64,000 bases of DNA from Nevskiaceae bacterium. GTDB taxonomy: Bacteria; Patescibacteriota; Microgenomatia; PFEM01. Shown here piece after piece: positions 55,667 through 64,000 of the stretch (position 1 is the stretch's first letter; each line of letters opens with the position of its first letter). Where the stretch lies: positions 463 to 64,462 of the forward strand of contig DATLBE010000007.1 in assembly GCA_035527075.1 (NCBI GenBank), read 5' to 3'. The position numbers and the translations under genes were made by a program. Below the pieces are notes generated by a model that made no database searches, was not told the origin of the DNA, and saw nothing but the letters and a program-made list of their open reading frames with translations.

Positions 55667-57135
55667 TCTTGAACGTTGGATTCTAATGAAAAAATTACAT
55701 ACTGGTTAGTCCGTTTAACCATTGGATAATTTTCAACCATGTATTGCCCAAATTCCAAGCTTTCCTCGAATTTAGTGGTGACATAAACAGTGGCTCCCAA
55801 ATTTTTGGCATTTTCAATCGATTCAGGAATGTTTGGAAAATATGAGGCATAACCACCAGTCCAACCATAGCGATTAGTATTGTAAAGAAGGGTGACATCA
55901 TTAGAATCACCAGTTAAAACTAAAGCATCTTTAGGAAATAACTGGTCAACTGCTTGCCCAGCCAAATCAACACCCCCTTGGATTAAATAAAAGCCTCGTA
56001 CTTCAAACCAAGAAAAACCGAGCATAAAAAGAACGCAGGCTAAAACCGCGATAAAACCAAGTAATCGAGAAAATTCTTTCCTCGCTCTGACTAAAAGCCA
56101 ATAAACGCTCTTGGCTAAAAAGACGGCGGCAATGGGAATAAAAGGAATTTGATAATAATCATGAGTAACGTTGCCGGCAGCCAAAACACATACATAAGCA
56201 AAAAACGAGACTAACCATAGGTGAAAAAACCAGCCTTCTTTTTCTTTTGGTTTTAAAATCAAACCAAAGACCAAAAGAGGTAACCCCCAGTAACCTAAAA
56301 TTAATTTACCTATTCTTTCAGCAAAAATCCATCGGAAAAAAGCAGGTCGAAAACGAATCCCTCCCTGATTAAAAAGCCAATCATAACGAGGAACTCCTTC
56401 AGGAAAACGAGCAATCCAAAGGCGCCAAGCTACAAATGGCAAAATCGCCAAAACAGAAAAAAGCCATAATTTTTTTTGTCTGAATAAATTAAACTGATAC
56501 CTCCGCCAAACTAGATAAAACATGGGTAAAGCCAGAAAAAGCGGAAAAGTTTTAAGAGCCAAAGACCAGGAGGTAAACAATAAGGCAAAAATAAACCTTT
56601 TAACTGAGTCATCTTTTGCCAGCCAACGATTAAAAAAATACAGCATACCCATGCTAGTAAAAAGCATCATTGGTTCTGGCAAAATTACCCTAGAATAAAA
56701 AATACTGTAAGGTAAAACGGCAGCAAAAAAAGCAGCCAAAAGACCAATCCATTCATTAAACAATTCTTTTACTAATAAAAACAGAAAAATTATCATTCCT
56801 AAAGAAAAAAGAATTGAAACCAAACGAGCCAAAAATTCTTGGACACCAAAAACTCGATAAAGACCAGCGACAATTGTCTGGTAAATTGGCGGTTCTACTA
56901 AAAAGAGACGCTTGGGATTAGGAGTGCCAATGTGAAGTGAAGTCATATTATCAATTCGGGGCTGGAAAAAATCAAATCCTTCTTTAATAAAGTTTCTAGC
57001 CACGGCAGCTGTGTCTGCTTGACGCCAGGAGTGATGATCGGCTAAGGGAATATTAATTTTATAAAGTCGCAAAGCCAATGCCAATAATAAAATTAAAAAC
57101 AGTGAAAACCATTGGTTAAAAATTGTTTTTTTCAT
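55663..57135 (-). CDS. GT-C fold membrane glycosyltransferase (ArnT / protein O-mannosyltransferase PMT-like, GT39/GT83-type)
   Basis: Multi-TM protein with the first-loop signature DHHSWRQADTAAVARNF characteristic of the ArnT/PMT family. Confidence 0.65.
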   Translation of the reverse strand: MKKTIFNQWFSLFLILLLALALRLYKINIPLADHHSWRQADTAAVARNFIKEGFDFFQPRIDNMTSLHIGTPNPKRLFLVEPPIYQTIVAGLYRVFGVQEFLARLVSILFSLGMIIFLFLLVKELFNEWIGLLAAFFAAVLPYSIFYSRVILPEPMMLFTSMGMLYFFNRWLAKDDSVKRFIFALLFTSWSLALKTFPLFLALPMFYLVWRRYQFNLFRQKKLWLFSVLAILPFVAWRLWIARFPEGVPRYDWLFNQGGIRFRPAFFRWIFAERIGKLILGYWGLPLLVFGLILKPKEKEGWFFHLWLVSFFAYVCVLAAGNVTHDYYQIPFIPIAAVFLAKSVYWLLVRARKEFSRLLGFIAVLACVLFMLGFSWFEVRGFYLIQGGVDLAGQAVDQLFPKDALVLTGDSNDVTLLYNTNRYGWTGGYASYFPNIPESIENAKNLGATVYVTTKFEESLEFGQYMVENYPMVKRTNQYVIFSLESNVQD

Positions 57136-58591
57136 TTTCTTCTTCCGCCAGCTGTCGGACCAGCCTTAATCTAGTGATGCCAACCAAAATTCCCATTAAA
57201 ATCCAGAAGATAAAAGCAACTTTTGAAGCTACAAAAACATCAATAAAAACAGCATTAGCAAACATGCCAAGAATGGCACCACAGATACCCACTACTAATG
57301 CCTTCTCCAAATTTAATTTTACCTGAGTGAAAAAACTTAGCACTTGCCTACCAATCTCCAGGAATATTAAAAAGAAGGCGCCAAAACCCAGCAACCCAGT
57401 TTCCGCCAAAGTTCGCAAATAATCATTGTCTGTGGCTAAAGTAACTGAAGAATAACCAGTTCCCAAAAAGGGATTCTTAGCAAAAGCCCTTAAAGCACGA
57501 GGCCACTCAACTTTAAACCTAATCGCACTAGAATATTCAACCGCCAATTCTGTCGTCGGTTTCCATTCTTCCACCGCTGCCGCAGTGGCCACTTTTGTTG
57601 GCGTCGGTTTAAGAACAACGGGAGCTTCTTTAGAAAATGGCATTGTTTTCTTTTTAACAACAGGCTTAGTTGGAGTAGGCTTTAAAACTAAAGCCACTTC
57701 TCTTTCTTTTCTCGGAATCCAGCCTGTCAGGCCAGAAAGATCAATATCAAAAGTAGCCGCATATCTTTGACTAATATCCGACGATAAAAGCATAAAAACC
57801 ACACTTAAAACCAAAACCGGCCCAAGCCAACGATATTTTTTCAAACCAAGTAAAACAAAAGTAACGGCTACCAAATAGGCAACAAAAGAAACCCGAGAAG
57901 CAGTTAAAATCAAAAGATAAAAAGCCAGAAAAGCAACAATAAACATCGCTATTTTACTTAAACGACTCTTCAGACCAATAATAAACCCAGCTGATAAAGC
58001 CAAAAACAAAACTAAAAAAGCCGCTAAGTCATAATGACCGGCAAAAGTGGAGCTGATTCTAGCCCATTCATCAAGTTGTAATAACATACCTTTAGAAAAC
58101 TCTACATTCATGGTTGAAACTACTGGCCAGTTGAAAAACTTTTGGCCAATCCCATAAACAAAAATCCCAATTGTGGTCAAAAATAAAACTAAACCGTAAT
58201 TTTTAACATTTTTCAGGCTTCTGATAGAAGCCAAGGTAACAAAAAACAATGACATGTATTCAATCCGGCGCAAAAAATGAAGTAGAGCAATATGAGGAAC
58301 AACGTGTTTAGTAATGAAGATTGCACTAACCAAAGATAAAGCTCCGACTAACCAATAGAGAAGAATAAATTTTCCCACTTTATTCTTCAAAGTAGAAAAA
58401 CCTTTAAAAATTTCTAAAACAAACCAGATAAATAAAACTGAAACGACAAGCAAATCTTCAATTCTAATGGCGACATAAGTCCCCGGTACATTGAATAAGG
58501 GAAACTTGGGGTAAAGCGGAATAAACAACATTAAAGCTGCCACCGCTAAAAATAAAATGTTAATTCTAGGCAATTTTAAACGCTTCAGCAT
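57116..58591 (-). CDS. O-antigen ligase / Wzy-like polymerase family membrane protein with an internal Pro/Thr/Lys-rich repeat
   Basis: 10 or more TM helices with a large loop, as in the O-antigen ligase family. Internal VLKPTPTKPVVKKK...VVLKPTPTKVATAA direct repeat. Confidence 0.5.
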   Translation of the reverse strand: MLKRLKLPRINILFLAVAALMLFIPLYPKFPLFNVPGTYVAIRIEDLLVVSVLFIWFVLEIFKGFSTLKNKVGKFILLYWLVGALSLVSAIFITKHVVPHIALLHFLRRIEYMSLFFVTLASIRSLKNVKNYGLVLFLTTIGIFVYGIGQKFFNWPVVSTMNVEFSKGMLLQLDEWARISSTFAGHYDLAAFLVLFLALSAGFIIGLKSRLSKIAMFIVAFLAFYLLILTASRVSFVAYLVAVTFVLLGLKKYRWLGPVLVLSVVFMLLSSDISQRYAATFDIDLSGLTGWIPRKEREVALVLKPTPTKPVVKKKTMPFSKEAPVVLKPTPTKVATAAAVEEWKPTTELAVEYSSAIRFKVEWPRALRAFAKNPFLGTGYSSVTLATDNDYLRTLAETGLLGFGAFFLIFLEIGRQVLSFFTQVKLNLEKALVVGICGAILGMFANAVFIDVFVASKVAFIFWILMGILVGITRLRLVRQLAEEENEKNNF

Positions 58592-59438
58592 AAGTTTGTT
58601 TAAGATAATTGTTGCCGGTCAGCCAACCAACTATTAACGAAATGGCTGCCTTTAATTTTAACATCATCTTAAGAATTGACAGCTGCCAAGAAGGACAATG
58701 TTTTTTATAAAAATAAATCAAACCGCGATAAATATTAAGAATCGGATCCTTCCGACCCGCCTTAGAACTTCCCCTGCCCAAGTGAATAATTTTGGGGCCT
58801 GGATAAAACATCACTTTGTAACCTGCTTTTTTTATCCGATAACACCATTCGATTTCATCCATATACATAAAAATGCCCTCATCCATAAGCCCTGCCTTTT
58901 TAATCACCTCTGGGCGAACCATTAAAGCCGCCCCCATAACCCAGTCAACCTCTTTTGTCTGGTGATAAGAAGTTCTCACTAAATTACCCAACCAATGTTC
59001 GAAAAAAAGCATTATGGCACTGACCAGTAAATTAGGAAAGGACCCAGCCGAAGGTTGAGGCGTTCTATCGGGATTAAGAAGTTTACAGCCAACTACACCA
59101 ACTTGCGGATGTTTATCCATAAATTCAGCCATTTTTAAATGAGCGTTATTCAAAATTACTGTATCTGAATTAAGCAACAAAAAATATTCCCCTTTGGCTT
59201 TCTTCATGGCCTGATTATTAGCGGCCCCGAAACCGAGGTTTTTTTTATTTTTGAGCAACACCACCATGGGAAATTTTTTCTCGATCATTTCTATTGAACC
59301 ATCGGTTGAACCATTATCAACCACAATAACTTCAAAACTACCTTGTTCTGGCAGCAAACTTCGCAAACACTTTACCAGAAGCTTTTTGGTATTCCAATTG
59401 ATGATAATAACGGAAACTTTTACTTTCTTTTTGACCAT
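58566..59438 (-). CDS. Glycosyltransferase family 2 (GT-A)
   Basis: VSVIIINWNT...VVDNGSTDGS motifs. Confidence 0.85.
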   Translation of the reverse strand: MVKKKVKVSVIIINWNTKKLLVKCLRSLLPEQGSFEVIVVDNGSTDGSIEMIEKKFPMVVLLKNKKNLGFGAANNQAMKKAKGEYFLLLNSDTVILNNAHLKMAEFMDKHPQVGVVGCKLLNPDRTPQPSAGSFPNLLVSAIMLFFEHWLGNLVRTSYHQTKEVDWVMGAALMVRPEVIKKAGLMDEGIFMYMDEIEWCYRIKKAGYKVMFYPGPKIIHLGRGSSKAGRKDPILNIYRGLIYFYKKHCPSWQLSILKMMLKLKAAISLIVGWLTGNNYLKQTYAEAFKIA

Positions 59439-60010
59439 AGAAAAGAAACCAGACTAACAAATTGATAAAAAATAATAACCGCCAACCCCACAATTCCCGT
59501 CCAAACTAACAGACGTGCCCAAATCGGTGAACGAACATAATGAAGAATAATTTTGGTGCTGAACCTCTTACCTTCGATTGAAAAATCAACTTCGGGTTTT
59601 TTAATTTGGTTACGGTAGGCTTCGTCTTGGCTAGGAATCCAACCGCTGATAAATAAAGATTCCCGGAGCGGATGAACCAATTCTTCATAAAAACTACTAT
59701 GAATCGTATCAACAATAGTTTCCAAAGCATATTCAGGGGGATGATTAAGGCGATAAGTAAATAAAGGAATACTTAAAAAAGTGGATTTTTTAAATTCTTT
59801 GGCATAAAAATCTATCACTTCTTGACGAGACAAATTAGTGTAATAAGCAACATAAATGGCAGGAATCTGACCGCTATCGACTGGCTCGGTCGATCTTAGG
59901 GAGTTGGGTAAAACAGGAACACTCGGTTCTGGGATAAGAAGGCAAACAACTCCTAAAACATAAATCGCTAAAACAACTATCAACAAACTCTTGGGGTTAA
60001 TTTTTTTCAT
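59420..60010 (-). CDS. Hypothetical bitopic membrane protein
   Basis: 196 aa with N- and C-terminal TM helices. Confidence 0.4.
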   Translation of the reverse strand: MKKINPKSLLIVVLAIYVLGVVCLLIPEPSVPVLPNSLRSTEPVDSGQIPAIYVAYYTNLSRQEVIDFYAKEFKKSTFLSIPLFTYRLNHPPEYALETIVDTIHSSFYEELVHPLRESLFISGWIPSQDEAYRNQIKKPEVDFSIEGKRFSTKIILHYVRSPIWARLLVWTGIVGLAVIIFYQFVSLVSFLWSKRK

Positions 60011-60020
60011 TGTTTAATTC

Positions 60021-60662
60021 TTACTGAAATAATCTGGCTCGGCCAAGTCTATAGTGGAAATCTCTCAGTTTTCTTTCACCTATTTCCTGTGCAGGTACGC
60101 CACCGACAATTTTCCCTGGGGCTACATCTTTAGTCACTATCGCTCCTGCAGCCACCACCGCCCCTTTACCGATTTTTACACCCGGCAGAATTATGGCTCG
60201 AGGACCAATGAAAACATAATCACCAATCTCTACCGGTTCTTCGGTTACTTTAAACTCTGAATCATGAATTTGATGCTCGGAATTGTAAATTAAAACTTGC
60301 GAAGCAATGGCCGTATGACTACCGATTTTCAATTTTGCCCGGCCGTCAAGAAAACAATGGTCGCCAATAATCGTGTCATCACCAATAACAATATTTTGGG
60401 GCTGAAAAAAATTGGCCACCATATGAATGGTTGAACCCTGACCTATTTTTATACCGGCTAAACGGTAACAGAAATGGCGAAAACAGTGGCAAGGCAAATA
60501 ACCCACCCAGCGCAAAAGCATCAACTCAAAATCCAAAAAGCAATTTTTAATTCGATTAACAATCTTGGGCAACGCTTCTGCTAAAGTCAAGGGCCGCCCG
60601 GCTTTATCTTTAAACATTTTCACCTCCTGTTCTTTCCAATATTTTAAGTGTTTCCTGAGCAC
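60021..60662 (-). CDS. Hexapeptide-repeat (left-handed beta-helix) sugar O/N-acetyltransferase
   Basis: Repeated [LIV]G-x-x-x-x hexapeptides ([15 protein letters not shown]...[31 protein letters not shown]). Confidence 0.85.
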   Translation of the reverse strand: MLRKHLKYWKEQEVKMFKDKAGRPLTLAEALPKIVNRIKNCFLDFELMLLRWVGYLPCHCFRHFCYRLAGIKIGQGSTIHMVANFFQPQNIVIGDDTIIGDHCFLDGRAKLKIGSHTAIASQVLIYNSEHQIHDSEFKVTEEPVEIGDYVFIGPRAIILPGVKIGKGAVVAAGAIVTKDVAPGKIVGGVPAQEIGERKLRDFHYRLGRARLFQ

Positions 60663-61719
60663 ATTTTTTCCAGCTAAATTGGCGACTTTGTTTGAATCCT
60701 TTTTTGATAAGCTTTTCTCGGTTTTCCATCGCTGCCCTTATTCCTCTGGCAATATCTTTAACATCATAAGGGTTAACCACCGCTCCCGCCTCCCCCACTA
60801 TTTCCGGCAAACTACCGGCATTTGAAACAACCACCGGTGTGCCACAAGCCATTGCCTCAATTGCTGGAATACCAAAACCCTCCCAAAAAGACGGCATCAC
60901 AAAAACCTCGGCGCCAGACATAAGCACTGGTACATCTCCTTCTTCAATAAATCCGGTAAAAATCACTTGCTTCCCTAACCCCAATTTTTTTACTTTTTCA
61001 AAAATCGTTTTAAACATCCATCCTTTGCGCCCAGCCACTACCAGCTGCAAGTTTTTCTCACCCAGACGAGCAAAGGCTTGCAGCAAACCCTCAATATTTT
61101 TGTTCGGTTTTAACGTGCCCAAAAAAAGAATGTAATTTTGTTTTATTTTATATTTTCTCTTAACCTCCTCAATTTTCCCTCTTGCCTCTTGCTTTTTGAA
61201 TTTTTCTTTATCGTATCCCGGATAAGTAATCTTAATTTTGTCCGGCTCCAAACCGTAGTATCTAATTATATCATTCTTAGTCGATTTGGAGATAGCTAAG
61301 ATATGAACCGCCCGCTTAATTGAGAGTAAGGTCCAAAATTTAAGTTTGGCCAAAATCGGCTTAGTAAACTGGTGTGGATATCGCAAATAGCCTAAATCCA
61401 TAATAGACACCACTAGCGGCGCAGGAGTAAACAGTGGACAATAATGACCTGGATTAAAGACTAAGTCAGGCTTGGGTCGCTGTTGAAACAAAGCGCGGGG
61501 CAGACCAAAAAAATTCCAAAGTCGGGGCGGGCCAACAACGCGATAGTGCCAATTTTTTCGCTCTTTAGGTAAATCAGGAAGAGGTAAACTCGGTAAATAA
61601 ACATGGTATTGATTTTTATAATCCAGCTGGTAAAGCGCTTTGATTAGTTCAAAAGCATACTGATTTGAACCAACTCGGTTTTTAACATTAGCTTCGTAGC
61701 CAATCAAACTAACTCTCAT
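60610..61719 (-). CDS. Glycosyltransferase family 4 (GT-B)
   Basis: [20 protein letters not shown] motif. Confidence 0.8.
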   Translation of the reverse strand: MRVSLIGYEANVKNRVGSNQYAFELIKALYQLDYKNQYHVYLPSLPLPDLPKERKNWHYRVVGPPRLWNFFGLPRALFQQRPKPDLVFNPGHYCPLFTPAPLVVSIMDLGYLRYPHQFTKPILAKLKFWTLLSIKRAVHILAISKSTKNDIIRYYGLEPDKIKITYPGYDKEKFKKQEARGKIEEVKRKYKIKQNYILFLGTLKPNKNIEGLLQAFARLGEKNLQLVVAGRKGWMFKTIFEKVKKLGLGKQVIFTGFIEEGDVPVLMSGAEVFVMPSFWEGFGIPAIEAMACGTPVVVSNAGSLPEIVGEAGAVVNPYDVKDIARGIRAAMENREKLIKKGFKQSRQFSWKKCAQETLKILERTGGENV

Positions 61720-61721
61720 TT

Positions 61722-62864
61722 TTATTTTTGCCCCGTCGCTTCCTCATAAATTTTTAGGGTTTCTTTAGCTGCCTTTTCCCAAGAAAATTGCTTAACTTGA
61801 TTCAAGCCTGCTTTGATTAGTCTTTCTCTCTTTTCTATCGCTTCCTTTATGCCTCGAGCGATATCATCTGTATCAAGAGGATTAACTAAAACCGCGGCCT
61901 TGCCCGCCACTTCAGGCATGCTTGAGATATTGGACGTAAGCACTGGACAACCACAAACAAAAGCTTCTAAAATCGGAAAGCCAAATCCTTCATATAAAGA
62001 AGGATAAACCAAACAAGAAGCACCAGAATAAAGCCCCGGTAAATCTTCACTTGGAACATAGCCCGTGAATTTGATATTTGATATTTGATATTTGATATTT
62101 GAACTTTCTATATCTCCCCAGCCAAACTTGCCCACAATAACCAAACTAAACTCTGGATTATCACTTTCAAACCTTGAAAAGGCTTTTATTATGCGCTTAA
62201 AGTTTTTGCGCGGTTCAAGAGTGGCCACACAAAGAAGATATTTGCCTTTTATTTTATATTTCTTCTTCACTTGCTCTACCTCTTTTTTAGAGGCTCTTTT
62301 AAAATCTTCAAAAGCCGCTTCATAAACCACCCGAATTTTTTTTGTCGGAATTTCCAATAACTTAACTGCGTCTTTTTTAGTCGTTTCAGAAACAGCAATA
62401 ATTAAATCGCACTCATTTTTGACCAAAGCCAACCGCCTTTTCATCACCGCGGCAATTTTGGGATGAGAAACATTGGGGTGTCTCATAAAACCAAAGTCGT
62501 GAATGGTAGTCACCTTAGCGGCCTTGGTGGGCGGCTGAGTCCAATCAGAGGAATGAAAAACGTCAATCTTACCAATCAATTTTTCTACTGGCAAAAACCG
62601 AAACTTATTCCCCAAAATTTCAGCCAACGTTGGGGGGAAAGTAATGATTTTTGAGTTAAAGTTTTTATTGATTTTCTTAACTTCAGCGGCAAATTCTTGA
62701 AGAATATTCTTCAACCTTAATGAGCTGCCAAATAGGATATAGTCATTTTTTTTGTCAATCCTGGCTAAGGCCTTAACTAAATTCCGAGTATAAAAGGAAA
62801 CACCAGTACCATAAACTATTTGGCTGATATCAATGGCTATTTTCATTGTTTTTGATAAACCCAA
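61722..62864 (-). CDS. Glycosyltransferase family 4 (GT-B) containing a heptanucleotide tandem repeat
   Basis: EGFGFPILEAFVCGCPVLTS motif. The coding region contains the (TTTGATA)x4.7 repeat at 62070-62104. Confidence 0.8.
   Translation of the reverse strand: MGLSKTMKIAIDISQIVYGTGVSFYTRNLVKALARIDKKNDYILFGSSLRLKNILQEFAAEVKKINKNFNSKIITFPPTLAEILGNKFRFLPVEKLIGKIDVFHSSDWTQPPTKAAKVTTIHDFGFMRHPNVSHPKIAAVMKRRLALVKNECDLIIAVSETTKKDAVKLLEIPTKKIRVVYEAAFEDFKRASKKEVEQVKKKYKIKGKYLLCVATLEPRKNFKRIIKAFSRFESDNPEFSLVIVGKFGWGDIESSNIKYQISNIKFTGYVPSEDLPGLYSGASCLVYPSLYEGFGFPILEAFVCGCPVLTSNISSMPEVAGKAAVLVNPLDTDDIARGIKEAIEKRERLIKAGLNQVKQFSWEKAAKETLKIYEEATGQK
62070..62104. repeat. Heptanucleotide tandem repeat (TTTGATA x4 perfect plus 1 imperfect) inside the GT4 CDS
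   Basis: Read directly: TTTGATA TTTGATA TTTGATA TTTGATA TTTGAAC. It encodes SNIKYQISNIKF on the minus strand. Confidence 0.9.
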
Positions 62865-63991
62865 AGCGGAATTTGATTAAAATTAACCTCTTTTATTTTA
62901 ACAAAATTATTATCAGTTAACCAAAAAGAAATTTTTTCATCAGGGTCAAAAAGAGGCACCAAATAACAAATGTAGAAAATTTTATTTCTGTCAACTAAGT
63001 TTTGGCTACTCGTCCCCATTGCTAACGGAATTTTGTTTTTGGCATAGTAAGTATAGGGCCAGTGAGAGCTTAAAGAAGGCAAAAGTGCTACTGAATTTGC
63101 AATCTCTTGTTTTTCAATATAGCTCACCACTCCCCGCCAGTCTTCTCGATGAAAATAAGGGTTAGTATAGAAAACAGCGAGAGAAATCAAATTAACAGCC
63201 AAAATAAAGAAAATCAAAATCTGCCGTAAGCCAGAATTCGAAAACCGGGTTATCCCCAAACTGAGCAATAAATAAAAGGCAGGCAAAACTAAAAGCAAAC
63301 GGAAAGGCTGGTAATTAGGGATAAAAATAGAAATCAGCCAAGCAGAAAGGATTGGCACAACTAGCCACAACAAAATTGTTAATTGCCTTTTGTCAATTGT
63401 CAATTTTCTCTTCTGAAAAAATCCTCTAGCAATAATCACTCCATAAGCCAAAAACAAAACTCCGGCAATGACAGCATAAAGTTTTTTATTAAAAATTGTA
63501 ATTCTGCCAATAGAAAACTTAATAAAAGTCAACGGCAAAGCTTTCGTGAAATTGACATTAACCAATTTCCCCCACTCCGGCAGAGCCTGAATTGCCTGGC
63601 GGCCTACTTGGATTTGAGTCAAAAACATTGGCAACCAAGGAAGGAAAAATAAAAGACATAAAAACTGAAGAATCAAAAACGGGGCGGCTATAGCTTGAGC
63701 CAAAAGAACAAAAAGACCAAAATAATCAGAATAAAGAAGCAAAACTGTTGCCAAAACATAACCTATTTTTAGCGGTCGAGTGTTATTTTTCTTTTGGCAA
63801 CTGATTAACCTGACAAAGAAGTACATTGATAAGGCAGCAAAAAACGTGGTCATCGCATACATCCTCGCCTCTTGGGAATAATAAATGTGGAATGGGGCCG
63901 TACTCATCAAAAGGGCTACGATAATTGCCGATTGCCTATTGATATGGACCATTAATTTATAAACAACAAAGACTGTTGCTATACCAAACAA
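62843..63991 (-). CDS. GT-C / ArnT-PMT-like polytopic membrane glycosyltransferase, probably N-terminally truncated by the window edge
   Basis: About 11 TM helices. The FHIYYSQEARMY loop resembles the GT39/GT83 family. The ORF reaches within 9 nt of the window end, so the true start is likely beyond it. Confidence 0.45.
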   Translation of the reverse strand: MFGIATVFVVYKLMVHINRQSAIIVALLMSTAPFHIYYSQEARMYAMTTFFAALSMYFFVRLISCQKKNNTRPLKIGYVLATVLLLYSDYFGLFVLLAQAIAAPFLILQFLCLLFFLPWLPMFLTQIQVGRQAIQALPEWGKLVNVNFTKALPLTFIKFSIGRITIFNKKLYAVIAGVLFLAYGVIIARGFFQKRKLTIDKRQLTILLWLVVPILSAWLISIFIPNYQPFRLLLVLPAFYLLLSLGITRFSNSGLRQILIFFILAVNLISLAVFYTNPYFHREDWRGVVSYIEKQEIANSVALLPSLSSHWPYTYYAKNKIPLAMGTSSQNLVDRNKIFYICYLVPLFDPDEKISFWLTDNNFVKIKEVNFNQIPLWVYQKQ

Positions 63992-64000
63992 AACCGATGG

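Overview
This 64 kb window is AT-rich and uses the standard genetic code (no in-frame stops in long housekeeping ORFs). The gene content and architecture look like a Candidate Phyla Radiation (Patescibacteria-like) bacterium: small proteins, a secreted nuclease, and a dcw cluster that also carries murA and murB. It splits into three blocks.

1. Positions ~1-19,300 are an accessory or mobile region. It contains a partial VirB2/TrbC-like pilin gene running off the window start, a secreted SNase-type nuclease with a C-terminal Excalibur domain, an HEPN-like (Rx4H) protein, and a dozen short orphan ORFs (TspO, GNAT, HIT, MazG-like, a papain/C39-like peptidase, a possible membrane-anchored glycoside hydrolase). 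These are interleaved with several families of conserved intergenic repeats. The block also holds a degraded brnT / intact brnA-like toxin-antitoxin locus, a replication-relaxation (Replic_Relax) protein and a VirD4/TraD-type coupling ATPase. It ends at a tRNA-Val(CAC) gene at 19296-19369 (-).

2. Positions ~19,400-47,700 are core genome. It carries lepB, an orphan parB, rpmA, a zinc-ribbon ORF, rplU, rodA and ileS, then a complete minus-strand division and cell-wall (dcw) cluster. The order is mraZ-rsmH-ftsL-ftsI-murE-murC-murB-murA-murF-mraY-murD-ftsW-[two small opposite-strand ORFs]-murG-ftsQ-ftsA-ftsZ, followed by glyQS and recO.

3. Positions ~47,700-64,000 are a cell-surface glycan locus. 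It encodes a priming sugar-phosphate transferase, a mannose-1-phosphate guanylyltransferase, eight GT2/GT4 glycosyltransferases, a hexapeptide acetyltransferase, a Wzy/O-antigen-ligase-like protein and two GT-C (ArnT/PMT-like) membrane glycosyltransferases.

The observations most worth follow-up are the repeat-punctuated cassette-like ORF array, the conjugative remnants next to the tRNA, a heptanucleotide tandem repeat inside a GT4 gene, a probable MraZ operator of three 10-bp-phased direct repeats, and a toxin-like two-gene insert inside the dcw cluster. No rRNA genes or CRISPR arrays were seen.
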